Of a DNA stretch of 64,000 nt, positions 12,041 to 23,700 are shown piece by piece; positions within the stretch are counted from its first letter, which is position 1; the number at the start of each line of letters is the position of its first letter. A program made the translations under genes and the position numbers. The notes under the pieces were generated by a model. The model did no database searches. It saw nothing but the letters and a program-made list of their open reading frames with translations, and was not told where the DNA came from. The DNA comes from Coniocarpon cinnabarinum. Taxonomy: Eukaryota. The stretch covers positions 1 to 64,000 of the forward strand of contig JAVECO010000044.1 of the NCBI GenBank assembly GCA_051942205.1. The letters run 5' to 3'.

Positions 12041-13545
12041 ATGGCGACTGTGGATGGCGTGGCTTTTATCATTGGTAGGTTCAAGATATTCAAGATGTAT
12101 CTCATCTCACCTCGATTTATCTCATTCCTCTCCTCCATTCATCTGAACCACTACTATATCATTTCTATCCTCTCTCGTTCCCTCATCCTCGTCATCACCC
12201 TTTCCCTACCCCCACCTCTCTGTGCCAGTCTGCAGCGCTCCCCACAACACCATACCAATCTCGCCACAGAACACCACCAACCACACCACTAACCACTCTC
12301 TCCACATCGCTAACCCCTCCGTCTCCAACCCACCAAGACCCATCAAGACCGTTCCACAACATGTTCCAAAGCTAACACCCAAGGAAGGAGGAGGAAGCGG
12401 CATCGGCCTAGAGACAGGTCTCATCTTCGCCGAGCGCGGCGCCGCCGGCATCGTATTCACCGATCTCAACGCCGACGCTGCGACGGCCGCCGCCGAATCG
12501 AGCAAGAAACTAGCCACTCACCCAAACTATCGGACTTTGGCGTTGACGGCGAATGTGGCGGATAAGGCCTCGGTTGAGAAGGCGGCGGAGGAGGCGGTGA
12601 AGACGTTTGGACGGATTGATTATTTTGTGAATTCGGCGGGGGTGAGTTCTTCGAAGATACGCATAGGGAACGTTGTCGATTACGTGGGTGTTGTGAGGAG
12701 GGTGGTGCACTGATGTGGCGGAACGGCTGCAAAGAGTGATCGCGTACTCCGAAGAGTGGTCTTTTGCGATTGAGGAGTATGGTTGAGGGATGACTTACTG
12801 ACAGTGAGGATGCAGGTCGCACCGACGAAGCTGGAGCCCGTCACTGAAGCGGATCTCAACGAGTTCCATCGCGTCATGGAGATTAATACGGTGGGAACCT
12901 TGATCGGGATTCAAGTCTTTGGGAGTCTGATGCAGAAGCAAGAAGAGCGATTCGTGGAGGGTCGACACGTGAGTTTCCTCTTTTTCTCTTCTTCGTCTTC
13001 TACCACCCTCTCAACCCCCTTCTTTCAAGTCGCTCACTTACCCTCCATCCCTCTCCCCCCATCGTCTTGACTCTCCACACCACCTTGAGCCCCCGTCACC
13101 TCACATCCAACCCCTCTCCTCCGTCTGCATCTCAGCCACCTCAGACAGCCATCTAACTTCAAAGGGCCAACGCTCCCTCGGCCGCGGAACAATCACAACC
13201 CTCGTCTCCGTCGCCGCCCTAACCTCCACCCCGGGCTTCACCTCCTACGGCGCCTCCAAACACGCCGCCATGGGCATCATCAAGACCGCCGCCATTTCCC
13301 TCGCTGAACACCGCGTCCGCGTCAACGCCGTGAACCCCTCCTGGGTGGACACGCCGATGGTGCAGAACGCCTTGTCGAAGGCGCCGGCCGGGCTCGAGAA
13401 ACGCATCAACGCTGTGCCTGCGGGACGGTTGGCGCTGCCGGAGGAGGTCGCGGGGGTGGTCCATTTTTTGAGTGGGAGTGATGCGACGTATATCACTGGC
13501 ATTGGGATGGTGGTGGACTCGGGGATGGGCGTCAAGTTGATGTAG
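12041..13545 (+). CDS. Short-chain dehydrogenase/reductase (SDR); exons 12041-12074, 12388-12641, 12816-12968, 13165-13545
   Basis: The spliced product has the Rossmann motif IGGGSGIG, then FGRIDYFVNSAG, catalytic YGASK, and VRVNAVNPSWVDTPM. Introns 12075-12387, 12642-12815 and 12969-13164 have GT donors, CTAAC/CTGAC branch sites and AG acceptors in the correct phases. Confidence 0.9.
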
Positions 13546-13725
13546 ACTCCCGTTGCTTCCTCTGTCAATAGAGTCTGCAGACATCCTCGTTGACGTCCAT
13601 TGTGCCGCTGGATCAGTTTGGGCTTCTCGTGTCTTCTGAATGAGGCGAGTGCGTCGATCGCCGCCCGTGGACTCCCCTGCCGCCGCTGACGCCACCCGAG
13701 TGTAGACACAATCTCAACACATCAC

Positions 13726-15072
13726 TCAATCCATCCACCCCGCAGCAACCGCATCAACCACCTCCCCCGGCGCCTCCTGCTGCGGCCAATGTCCCCCCGC
13801 CGTAAACACGATCCCCCTCAAAATCTTATACTTCTCATTCAACCCATCCATCTCCCCCGCCCGCTGAAACGGTCCCCAATCTTTCTTCCCGTTCAAAAGC
13901 AAGACGGGACACTCGATCTTTCTGCCGACCCAGACGTTGAGATCGCGGTTTAGAGTCCGTGAAGTGGCTGAGCGATACCAGTTCAAAGCACCTTGGAAGC
14001 CTGTTCGTTGGAATTCTTGGACGTAAACGCTGAGGTCGTCGTCAGGGAGCCAGTGTTTTGTCAGATTTGAATCTTCGTGTGCCATGTCTTGGGAGATTGT
14101 TTGCGGCATGGTGAGGTGAAGGGGCATGACGTAGTAGTGTGGCAACTTGGCGAGGTCCGGCGCGGTGAAGCTTTCGAGGCGATAGGGACTGTTATGTTTC
14201 CAATCCGCGCTCTTGAGGTGGAAGTACCCGCGCAGGAAGTGGTGCAGTTTTTGTGCATCGCTGGCGCAGGACCAGTCTTGCGCTGCGGCGGGGGTCGCGT
14301 TGTACTGTGCGTAATGCTTCCTTGGAGGCTTTAATTCCGCCAACGCCGTGTGTACATCTTCTTCCTTCTGTTGGCCGTTCGCGACCGCTTGCTGCGTCCG
14401 TAACGTCGCCGTCTCTGCTTTGAGCTTTTCCTCAGAGCTCGTAATATCAAAGGGTAGTCCTGGCGCGCCGCGAAAGGGATGACTCATCAACACCAGACTC
14501 TTGAAGATATCGGGGCGCATGAGGGCTGCGTAACTCGCCAGCCAACTCCCAAAGTCGTGACCCACTAAACACTTCACTTCTGTATACCCCAGTGCATACA
14601 CGAAAGCGACTATATCCGCGACGAGATGCCCGACACTGAACTCGTTCAGATCCACCTCCGCGTAGGGACGAGAATCCCATCCCGTGGTGCGGCCGTAGCC
14701 GCGCTGATCGAGGGCCACGACGTGACATCCTGTCCTCTGCGCCAAGGGGCGCATGACATGTCGCCATGAATACGCCAATTCGGGGAAGCCATGCAGTAGC
14801 AGCATGAGTGGGGGTCGAGTGGCTGACGGGGGCTTTTCGAGGTCGTCAAGGGCGCTGGAGAGGGATTTGGTGGTGTCGACGGGAGAAGAGGGGGAGGAGA
14901 TGTTGGTGTCGAAGGGGAGGGGGAACGGTGGTTGAGATGCTGCGTCTTTGGTGGAATTGGAGGTTGGGGAGGTGGAGAGGTAGTGGATTTGGAGTGAGCT
15001 GGCTGTTAGGGGGAGGGTGTGGGAGTGGATGCCTTCTGGGAGGGGGAGAGGTGGGAGGTTTTGGTCTGCCAT
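13726..15072 (-). CDS. Alpha/beta-fold epoxide hydrolase
   Basis: HGFPELAYSWRH oxyanion motif, DQRGYG, nucleophile GHDFG, ALNWYR and catalytic His in GHWPQQE. The first in-frame ATG is at 15072 (MADQNLPPL); the ORF-track extension to 15228 uses a non-ATG start. Confidence 0.9.
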   Translation of the reverse strand: MADQNLPPLPLPEGIHSHTLPLTASSLQIHYLSTSPTSNSTKDAASQPPFPLPFDTNISSPSSPVDTTKSLSSALDDLEKPPSATRPPLMLLLHGFPELAYSWRHVMRPLAQRTGCHVVALDQRGYGRTTGWDSRPYAEVDLNEFSVGHLVADIVAFVYALGYTEVKCLVGHDFGSWLASYAALMRPDIFKSLVLMSHPFRGAPGLPFDITSSEEKLKAETATLRTQQAVANGQQKEEDVHTALAELKPPRKHYAQYNATPAAAQDWSCASDAQKLHHFLRGYFHLKSADWKHNSPYRLESFTAPDLAKLPHYYVMPLHLTMPQTISQDMAHEDSNLTKHWLPDDDLSVYVQEFQRTGFQGALNWYRSATSRTLNRDLNVWVGRKIECPVLLLNGKKDWGPFQRAGEMDGLNEKYKILRGIVFTAGGHWPQQEAPGEVVDAVAAGWMD

Positions 15073-15150
15073 TTTTGCCGAGGTGAAGAAGGTTTTGGGA
15101 GAGGGCGCTCGAGGGGAGTGGGGTGCTCGATTGGTAGTGTGTATAATCAA

Positions 15151-15345
15151 ACAAGACGTGGTTAAGAAGTAGTCAGCCTGAGTGTTGACAAGAAGTCGTC
15201 TTCCCAGACGTAAACGAGAAGCAGTCAACCCAGATGCAGACGAGTAACAGTCAACCCAGACGTAAACGAGCAGTAGTCAATCCAGACGTAGACACGGCGA
15301 AGTCGATCTGGGCGTGGACAAACAGCAGTCAACCTCAACGTAAGG
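15151..15345. repeat. 26-bp minisatellite, about 7 units
   Basis: Units start at 15151, 15177, 15203, 15229, 15255, 15281 and 15307, with a partial unit at 15333. Central units: cccagacgtaaacgagaagcagtcaa / cccagatgcagacgagtaacagtcaa / cccagacgtaaacgagcagtagtcaa. Outer units are more degenerate. Confidence 0.85.
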
Positions 15346-17078
15346 TCAGAGCGACCAGCGACGGAGCTTTAAGCCAAACGAGCTCTCCAAAGGATCAAGA
15401 TCAGAAGCGCATCCAAGCCCCTCAAAGGATGCGCCTGCGGTGAGATCGACGCAGTAAGCCGGTTCCGGTGCATGAAGTGGTTCTACAATCTCCGTGGTTT
15501 TCAGGCGCCGGGGAACGACGCAGCTTCATTACTCGAGGGATTATGCTATTTCTTACTGATTTACAGATCCAGGCTATTACGCCGCCTGTTCACGTATGAT
15601 CTCATGCTTGGATATCAAAGTCCGAACGCCGAGTGATGTGCCAGCGTCGCTAGTGCGGCAGAACCGTGGGAGCGGTGGGCAGGGATCAGAGGGGAACAAT
15701 GGCATGCTTTCTATCTTCTGGATTGGTGGCTGACATGATGTTTGTATGAGATATGGTACTTCCTTGAATGCAGCAGCTCATGTCTGCAAATGAGCTTGTG
15801 AAACGCCACTTGAGCTATTTTGAGATTGTCGGCAGATGCACTCTGGACTTTGACAGCGAATGCAGAAGTGGGGATAGGTATTTTGGAGCTTGCACGTGAC
15901 TCTCGTCGAGCTCTGGAAGCGTGTCAGATATCAACATTCGTACTGTGTCCCCATCACATTGCATTGAATCCCTCTGCCACTTGCAAGTCCAAAAGTGAAG
16001 AGCTAGAGTCTTGACTACCTCACACACTTGAACCGCAAACGGCTGTCTTAAGATAGAAGGATTAAAAGCAAGCAAGACTGAATCAAAAAATCTAGATCTC
16101 GGTTTTGGATGAAGCCATGCAAAGGAAGCCCATGAATCGCCTCTTTCTTTGCTGTCATTGTCAGAGGTAAGACCTGAAACAAAAAGGCAACATACAGACC
16201 ATACCGCGTTTAGCTTAACACTATTTCACAGCAGCACTCGGAGGATTGATCAAAACCGTCGACTAAAACCGCAAGATACGAGCAGCCGAGGGCACGATTC
16301 ACGTAGCACGTGACTCTGTCTCTCGTAGCCATCTATTGGCCATGCAGCACATTCGTAGGCGCTGACACCATCTGATTCATTCCACCAATCATACTGGATT
16401 CTTCGCTGACAACGCCCAACACAGACGTGCATCCCACCCCAAGCATGCATTCACCATCCCTCATCCAGCCAAACGCCTTCACTCTCCACTGCCTTTGCTG
16501 CAGATCGCCCGTGCTGCCCCAGCCACTCGCCGGCGCTTCACCCACTCCATCCCACCGCATTGGCCGCCGCGCGGGGACACCTGCAGTCACGCTTCCCTGT
16601 CGCTCTTTCAGGCCCATCGCGCCCTCTCACTGGTCCGCCGCCATGCTCAGGGCCCTGCCTCAAGCGCATCGCCCTGCCCTCTCTAGTGATTGGCGTGCCA
16701 CTGGGCGCTTCGCCGTGCGTGCTGACCTTGGACTTGCGCCGCACGTCGCAGAGGGTATGTAGGAGGGGTTGTCGGCGTCTCTCTTTTCTTGGGCCTGTTC
16801 CGTCTCTTTTTGTCCTTGTGAGCTGGTCGTGCCTGTGCCTGGTTTCAAGTTTTTCATTTTCGATTGCTTGTCAACTTGCGAGAGAGAGGCGCTGTCGTGT
16901 TGAGCTCCAGTTGCGTTGAGTGCTCATTGCGACGAGAGCTGAACTCGCCTTGGCGCTTTCGCTATACTGCTCCGCTATCTCGAGCGCGCTGCACGAGAAG
17001 TCGCGGTGCTCTACGACAGCGATAAAGCTTCTCACTGAGCGAGCGAGCAATCGCACGACGACACCACACCCAGCAGCC

Positions 17079-17878
17079 ATGACGACCTCACTACGATCAC
17101 TGCTCCTCACCCTCCTCCTCTCCACCCTCACCACCGCTCACATCGTCATGACCTACCCCGGCTGGCGCGGCGACAATCTCGCCACCAACGGCACCCCAGG
17201 CGTCGACGACTACCAGCCTGACAAGTTCCCCTACGGCATGCAATGGATGTACCCATGCGGCGGCATGCCCATCACCACCAACCGCACATACTGGCCCATC
17301 GGTGGAGGCGCCGTAGCTTTTCAACCAGGCTGGTTCCAAGGCCACAGCTCGGCATTACTCTACGTCAACCTGGGCATCGGTACGTCTAGAATTCTCCACA
17401 TCGCTCCCATTGTGTTATTCTCAGCCGAAAGCTCGGAGCGAGAGCGTATGCGCCGAGACAACAGCTAACGAAACCAGGCACCGTACCGGGCAACTACTCC
17501 CTAGTAATGAACCCCGTCTTCCAAATCATCGGCCCAACCAACAACGCCTATCCGGGTCGGGACATCTGCCTCCCTCAAGTCCCCATGCCCGCCAACCTGA
17601 CCGTCAGCGAAGGCGACAACGCCACCATCCAGGTCGTGGAGGACGCCAAACACGGCGCGGCCCTCTTCAGCTGCGTCGACATCACGTTTACGAATGACAT
17701 GAGCAAGGTGGCGCCGGTGAATGAGAGCAATTGTCAGAATAGCAGTGAGATCCAGTTTCAGACGGTGTTTTCGACGGCGGATTTGGTGGCCTCCGCGCCG
17801 AGACGGGTGGGGTTGGAGCGGGTGGTGCCGGTGGTAATGGCGGTGGTGTTGGGGAGTGTGGCGTGGTTGGCTTTATGA
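17079..17878 (+). CDS. GPI-anchored His1 copper-binding protein, BIM1/X325 (LPMO-like) family; exons 17079-17379, 17478-17878
   Basis: Signal peptide ends LTTA and is followed by His (HIVMTYPGWRG). Motifs YPCGG, NRTYWPIGGG, FQGH, NATIQVV and FSCVDITF, plus a hydrophobic GPI-type C-terminus. Intron GTACGT..GCTAAC..CAG (17380-17477) restores the frame. Confidence 0.85.
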
Positions 17879-18170
17879 GGCGATGAGCTTGTGGGGAGAT
17901 TCGGGAACGGTGATGGACATGTTGGTGCAGGTGGTGTTGGTGTACAGTGATGAGTATGGAAATGCATGGATGGCGCATGAAGGTGTACGATACCAATCAC
18001 GGATCTCACATGATACAAATCTCGTATGAACAATATCTTAACTTACTCAAGTCGACGACAATACAAAAACACTCCAAACATTACTTTAACATCTCTTCAT
18101 TCCCTTCGTCCCACGATGTGTCTACAATCCCATTGAGACAAGACTTATCATCTGGTACTCCGCAGTCATA

Positions 18171-19499
18171 TCACACATCTCGTCGAATATATACCATTGT
18201 CCCCTCAAACGCCCGTTCCAACCCCTCATTCTCCCTTCTCTTCTTTCGTCCTTCATCTCTCCATACAAAACGAGATGCTGTGTACGTATTTCGAACATGT
18301 TCCGGACCCGCTCCAGGGAGGTTGTCGAGGTCATTGCATATCAACACAGCTGGACTCGACCATATCGTCCTATCCGTTCTTTCGTGCAGATCCAAGTCCT
18401 GACCTTGAATTTCCGCAGCGACGTCAGATTGACGTCCTTCGGAAAGTCGTTCTTGGGAAGTCGGAGGGCTAGGTATCTCAGCGGCAGGATTAGGTGTATT
18501 GATTTGAGGGTCAGACATCTTAGCGGAAGGGGTGCCAAAATAGAGAGACGCCTCTGCATTGGCGAGCGGGAAATGGGGCGCAAACACCAACGTTTCTTGG
18601 TCAATGATCTTCCAAGCCTCTGGATCTTTGAGAACGTTGATTCCGAGTTGTGACAGGAATGCGATGTCAGTCTCGTTGAAGATCGGATCTTGAGCGTAGA
18701 CTTGAATCTTTCCTTGTCTTTTACCGACGCCACTCGTCACGGTGAGTTGATTTCGCTCAGCAGTTGTCTCAATATCACTTGATTCGGTTTGCGACCTCGC
18801 AGCGGCGAAGTCAAGGTCATTTTGGGCTCTCGAGGATGTGTCATTGAAATCTCTGACTACTTTCCCCTCCTGTGCCACTCCACCTTCTTTTGCCACTTCA
18901 CCTCTCCCCGCGACTTTCCCTCCCTCCGTCACATCATCCACGTCGGGCCCCACGTCCCCGTCCTCATCCCTCCACGTATCAGCGCGCATCATGTCAGGAC
19001 TATCATCGCGTCTCTCATCAAGAGAGGCACTCAGCGCCACCAAATCCAAGAGAACGACCAATTGCCACAGCACGCTCCCCGCTCCCCTTCCAAAAGCAGA
19101 GACGTCTGCACTTGGCGTGCCAAGGCCTAGACATACCACTTTCTGAACCTTTCGCCGCCATTTCGACTGATGAAAAAGCTCGACGAGACGTTGACGCGTT
19201 GGTGTCGCACGCCAGCGTTCTGATGTCTTTGACAGAAGATCGTGCAATTGTTGGAGAGAATGAAGTGGAGATTTCGGACGAGGTGGTGGTTCAGGTGGAG
19301 GTGGGCGATCAGAAGACGACGAACCAGACCGCGTGGCGCGAGATGTAGTGCTGGTGTGAGAGGATCCGAAGAGATCAGATGGGGATGTGTGGGGTGGATG
19401 TGACGACGGTGATTTCTGGGGTTGTTTTCTTCGGTGTGTCACGTGTGTCCAGCCATCCGCTGAGTTGGGAGGTTGAAGTTGATAATGGGCACGCGGCAT
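18171..19499 (-). CDS. SRR1-domain protein
   Basis: 442 aa ORF with DGWTHV near the N-terminus, KVVCLGLG, WQLVVLL and VYAQDPIFNETDIAFLSQLGINVL...TLVFAPH, the motif series of SRR1-like proteins. Confidence 0.8.
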   Translation of the reverse strand: MPRAHYQLQPPNSADGWTHVTHRRKQPQKSPSSHPPHTSPSDLFGSSHTSTTSRATRSGSSSSDRPPPPEPPPRPKSPLHSLQQLHDLLSKTSERWRATPTRQRLVELFHQSKWRRKVQKVVCLGLGTPSADVSAFGRGAGSVLWQLVVLLDLVALSASLDERRDDSPDMMRADTWRDEDGDVGPDVDDVTEGGKVAGRGEVAKEGGVAQEGKVVRDFNDTSSRAQNDLDFAAARSQTESSDIETTAERNQLTVTSGVGKRQGKIQVYAQDPIFNETDIAFLSQLGINVLKDPEAWKIIDQETLVFAPHFPLANAEASLYFGTPSAKMSDPQINTPNPAAEIPSPPTSQERLSEGRQSDVAAEIQGQDLDLHERTDRTIWSSPAVLICNDLDNLPGAGPEHVRNTYTASRFVWRDEGRKKRRENEGLERAFEGTMVYIRRDV

Positions 19500-20760
19500 T
19501 TTGAGCCTCGCGAAAGCAATCCCAGAGATTCAAAGGATTGTATGTTCGAGTGGCGTTGTGAGGTGAAGTGGCGTTAGAAAGTGGCGAGACTGGGACGCTT
19601 GAAAATGGGCATTGGAGATTCTTTCACTACAGCGTGTACATATTTCTTGTCACGTCATTGGAGTCTTGCAATGTTGTGACAGCTTTATGTCATTGCATTG
19701 AGCTCTTGTCTTGAACTTTTACAAATTCTTGCTTGGCTCGGGGCGGGTTGACTAAGGGTGCCTGATCTTCTCTACTTGTCTTCATGAACTTGTCCTGCGA
19801 ATGATCATACAACGCACGTGCTCTCTAATTGTCTAATTCGACTCATGTACGCCTACCTGCTTGCAATGCAAGTATCCAGATGTGCGAATTGGTACGTCGC
19901 CAACATCATACCTTATGCCTTAAGATCTAGGCAAGAACGCCAGTGGCAAAGGTGAAAACACTCGCCACGCTACGCTCTACCGTTGAAATTCAGGTTGCGA
20001 AAGGATTTCGTTACACTTGCTAAAGGGTCTTTAGTACTATCCTGAACGAGACATATTCACCAGCGGCTAGCAGGAACAACGAGTATACTCAATGAAACAA
20101 AAGGTCGACCATCCAGTCCCTCACTGACCCCAGTCGAGCCATGTGGTGCCTCACAAGCATACTATGCGTTGCAAGCGAGCTGAAATCAGGCTCTGTGTAG
20201 GTTCTGAACTTAGCAGCAGTCCTGTGGCAGACTTACCCTTGAATATTGCGAGTGACGAAGAGCGATAAAGCCCTAGCAACTCGCTTTTCCTATCTCACGA
20301 CGCTTTGCCGAGCAATCAAACATAAGAATAGCCGAGCATACGGCTAACCCTCAGCAAAAGATAACAGATGCCCATGTAGAATATTTGACATTCAACGGCG
20401 CCTTCCATCCGACGCTATGCTATACTAAGTCAAGGATATCATACACCCATCAGGCATCTACACCTTCGATTCGTCGAGCAATGTAATCCAATCGTGCTCC
20501 ACCCTTTTCACGCTGTTTCTTGACCCCTTGCAATCCTCGGCTTCCCTCAAGACCGTGCACTCGGCCCTCACTAAGATCTCATGACCGCTCTACAAACCCA
20601 CAAGAGCCGCCCAAAAGCAGACCAGCCGCCTAAACCCATTACCGCCCAGCCCATCACAAGAAAGCCTCACTCTCCAGCAGCGACCCATTCCGACCAAGGC
20701 CTTGCTTTCCACCATCCCGAACACCGTTCACCCCTTCCTTGCCCAACGCCTCAACGCCCC

Positions 20761-23700
20761 TTAGAGAAAATCCTTCTCACCATCCGTTGCTACTGGTACC
20801 GGCGGATGACTGCCCTTACTAATGCTGCTTTTACGCTTTGGCACCTCGGGACTGCCAGGGATGCTGTTGAGAGAACCGAGCGGCCTCATCGACGGACCAG
20901 AAGGCTCGACGCTGCCCGCGCGAGAGTGCAGTCCTGAGCGACTTGAGCGCAGGCTCCCGCTCCAGCCGCCGTTGCCGCTAACTTCACTCAGAGGGCGGGT
21001 ACTCGCCCATTTCCTCTCGGTGCCAGACGGACTAAGACTGACACCCAGATTCTCGCGCTCGCCTCGTCGATCCTTGAGAGCTTCAATTTCTTTCTCGAGC
21101 TTGAGACGGCGCTCCTTTTCGGCTTGTAACTCGCGCTCAGCACGTTTCGCTGCAAGGCTGTGGGCGCTGTCGCTGGCTTGAAGGTCGTCAACAGTCTTCA
21201 GAAGCCGATCAATGCGACTTCTCATCGAGTTGTTCAAGTCAGCGGAAAGATCCTCAAAGTGCTCTTCATGCTTCCGAAGCCGTTGCTGGAGATCTTCGAC
21301 GAGTGCGTTGGTTTGTTTGCGTTCAGAGACGATCCGCGACGAGTTCTGTTCAGCCTCGCGGCACTGACTTTTCGCAAACTCCTCGGCCTTGTTCGCGCGC
21401 GTGACGGCTGACTCGGCTTGCTCAAGCTTGTTGAAGTACTCTTCAGCTCGCGATTTGTATAATTCGAGATTCGACTGGATCTCGTCAAGTGATGAGCTCT
21501 TGTTGTCAAGCTGCATGTGAAGCTCTGAGAGCTCTTGCATCATATCTGATCGGCTCGACTCTTCCTGCTCGCGTTCGAGGCGAATATCCTCGAGCAACTG
21601 CAGGCGAATTGACTCCTCTTGCTCATGTTCCTTGCGCAGGTCATCCAGATCAGCCCGAACATCAGACAGCTCGAACTCCACTGCGCTCTTCGCTTCAGAC
21701 ATCATATGCCGGTCTCGTTTGGCCGTCTGAACCTCCTTGTTCATTTCCACAACCCTCGAGCTAAGATCTTGGTCCTGTTTCGAGGCTTTGCTCTCCAGCT
21801 CGTGGATCTTGCGGTCTTTCATGCCCAATTGACTCGTCATCATCTTGATGTCCTGGTGTAGCTCGTTCTCCTTCTGGCTTGTTTTCTGTTCAATGTCTCT
21901 GGACAAGGCAGCAGCTTTCTCTGCAGCATCATGACTGGCTTTGGCGATCTTATTCTCAAGATCTTTAATCTTACAGTCTTTGACGTCGACGCGGCTTTGA
22001 AGAGCTTTCAGCTCTTGCTGTGCTCGTTGCTCAGCGCGAACGGCTTGTGATGCTCTGTCTTCGGCAGCGGCAAGTCTCCCTTCCGCTTGCGAAGCACGTT
22101 GCTCCGCTTCTCCCAGCTTCCGGTCTTTGAGGCTCATCTGGCTTTGAAGCACTTTGTGCTCTTGCTCAAGACGTTGCTCGTTCGCGCTGACCTGACTGCC
22201 ACTTTCGTGCGCTGCTGCAAGTTCGTCCTCAAGATCGCGTATGCGAGTCTGAAGCACAGTCTTACTCGCTTCTGAAGCTTCCACCACTGAGCCAGCCTCG
22301 TCAAGATTCTTCTGCAAAGAGCTTGTTCGCTCTTCAGCGTTCTTCCTTGCATGCAGCGCCTCGTCAAGCTGTTCCTCCAAGTCTTCTTGATCTTCCAGAG
22401 CACCTGCTAGCTTTTCTTGAAGCTCAGATGCTCGGCTTTCAAGACCTTTGAACATCTCTTCCTTATCCTGGCTCAGTGCGCGCTCCTGCTCAACGGACTT
22501 CCGATGCTTGTGCTCGATGTTCTTCTGCTCGTCAAGTGCCCGCTGTAGTTTCTCGTTGAGTTCCACCTCGCGATTTTGAAGCCGCTTGAAGATCTCCTCT
22601 TTATCAAGTGCCAACGCTCGTTCGTTTTCAAGCGTTTGCTGCACTTGTCGGGTGTGTTGCTCTGCGCGCTTCCGATCGTCCTCGAGTTTCTGGCGTCTCC
22701 TGTCATCTTCTCGCATCTGGTCGCTCAACTGCTGTATTCTCTCGTCGCGTTTCTTGAGTTCGTTTGCTTGACGCGTGGTTCCGAGCAAAGGTCGCATTCG
22801 AACAAAGAGTCTCCACCAAGGATTCGATTGAAGGTCTAGGTATACTTGGAAGTTTTGATGTATGAGCCTGGCAGCTTCAGCACGGTATAAAGTCTTGTTG
22901 ACAATTCTGCGCCGGATGAAGCCACGCGATAAAGATTGAAATCGACAGACAATTTCGCGTATTAGAGTCTCTCGCTGCTCTTCGAGCTCAGCTAGAACAC
23001 CAGCCCGGAAGAAGACCTTAGTAAGACCAATCCGGTACCAGGATGGATCGAGCTGTAATTGCTGAAGAATAGTCTTTGCAGCACTCTGCCCATCTAAAGG
23101 TGACCGCGGCATGTGTGTGCAGAGAATCTCATAGCGAGATCGGAATTCCGCAAAAGGTATCCGATTTGGAAAGCCGCTACGAGCAATACGAATGCCTTCA
23201 AGCACACCATTACATCTTAGCTGATCCAAGACGAGACCAGCGTTCCAGGACTTAGGCTTCTTTTGATGGTTTGGGAGGATGCAGCGCACAAAGTGTGGAT
23301 GTGTGGAATGAAGCTGAGTCATCAGTCCAGAAAGCTGCTCTTTGTGTCGTTGCGCAACTGTTCTGAAGAGTCCCTTCTTGATGCGAGTTTTCTGCGCTCC
23401 GCTCTCGTCTTCTGGATCCGCACAGTCATTGAATAGTCGAGCGACATGCTTGTCAGATGACGCAGCCAGCAACTTAGTGGCATTGTCATTTAGTGGATCT
23501 TTGTTTTTCTCAAGCCAGCCCTCCGTCGAATATTCCACATCGGCAGCGTAATGTGTGAGCATGAATCCTTGTGAAAGTTTAGATCGCCGGTATTTTTGTG
23601 ACTTGCCATCCCATAGTCCGTTCAGCTTCTCTGTGAAGCTCTTGTCGCTTGCTTTTGGCATCACACTGTCTTCGTCCAGGCAAGAGAAGATGCCAATAGG

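Noticed and set aside
15073..15228. N-terminal extension of the epoxide hydrolase in the ORF track; similar extensions at 16920, 39807, 40691, 41558 and 53633
   Set aside because: All begin at non-ATG codons. In a fungal nuclear gene the first suitable ATG is the better start.
15151..15345. CRISPR-like array
   Set aside because: Units are contiguous with no unique spacers, the genome is eukaryotic and no cas genes are present.
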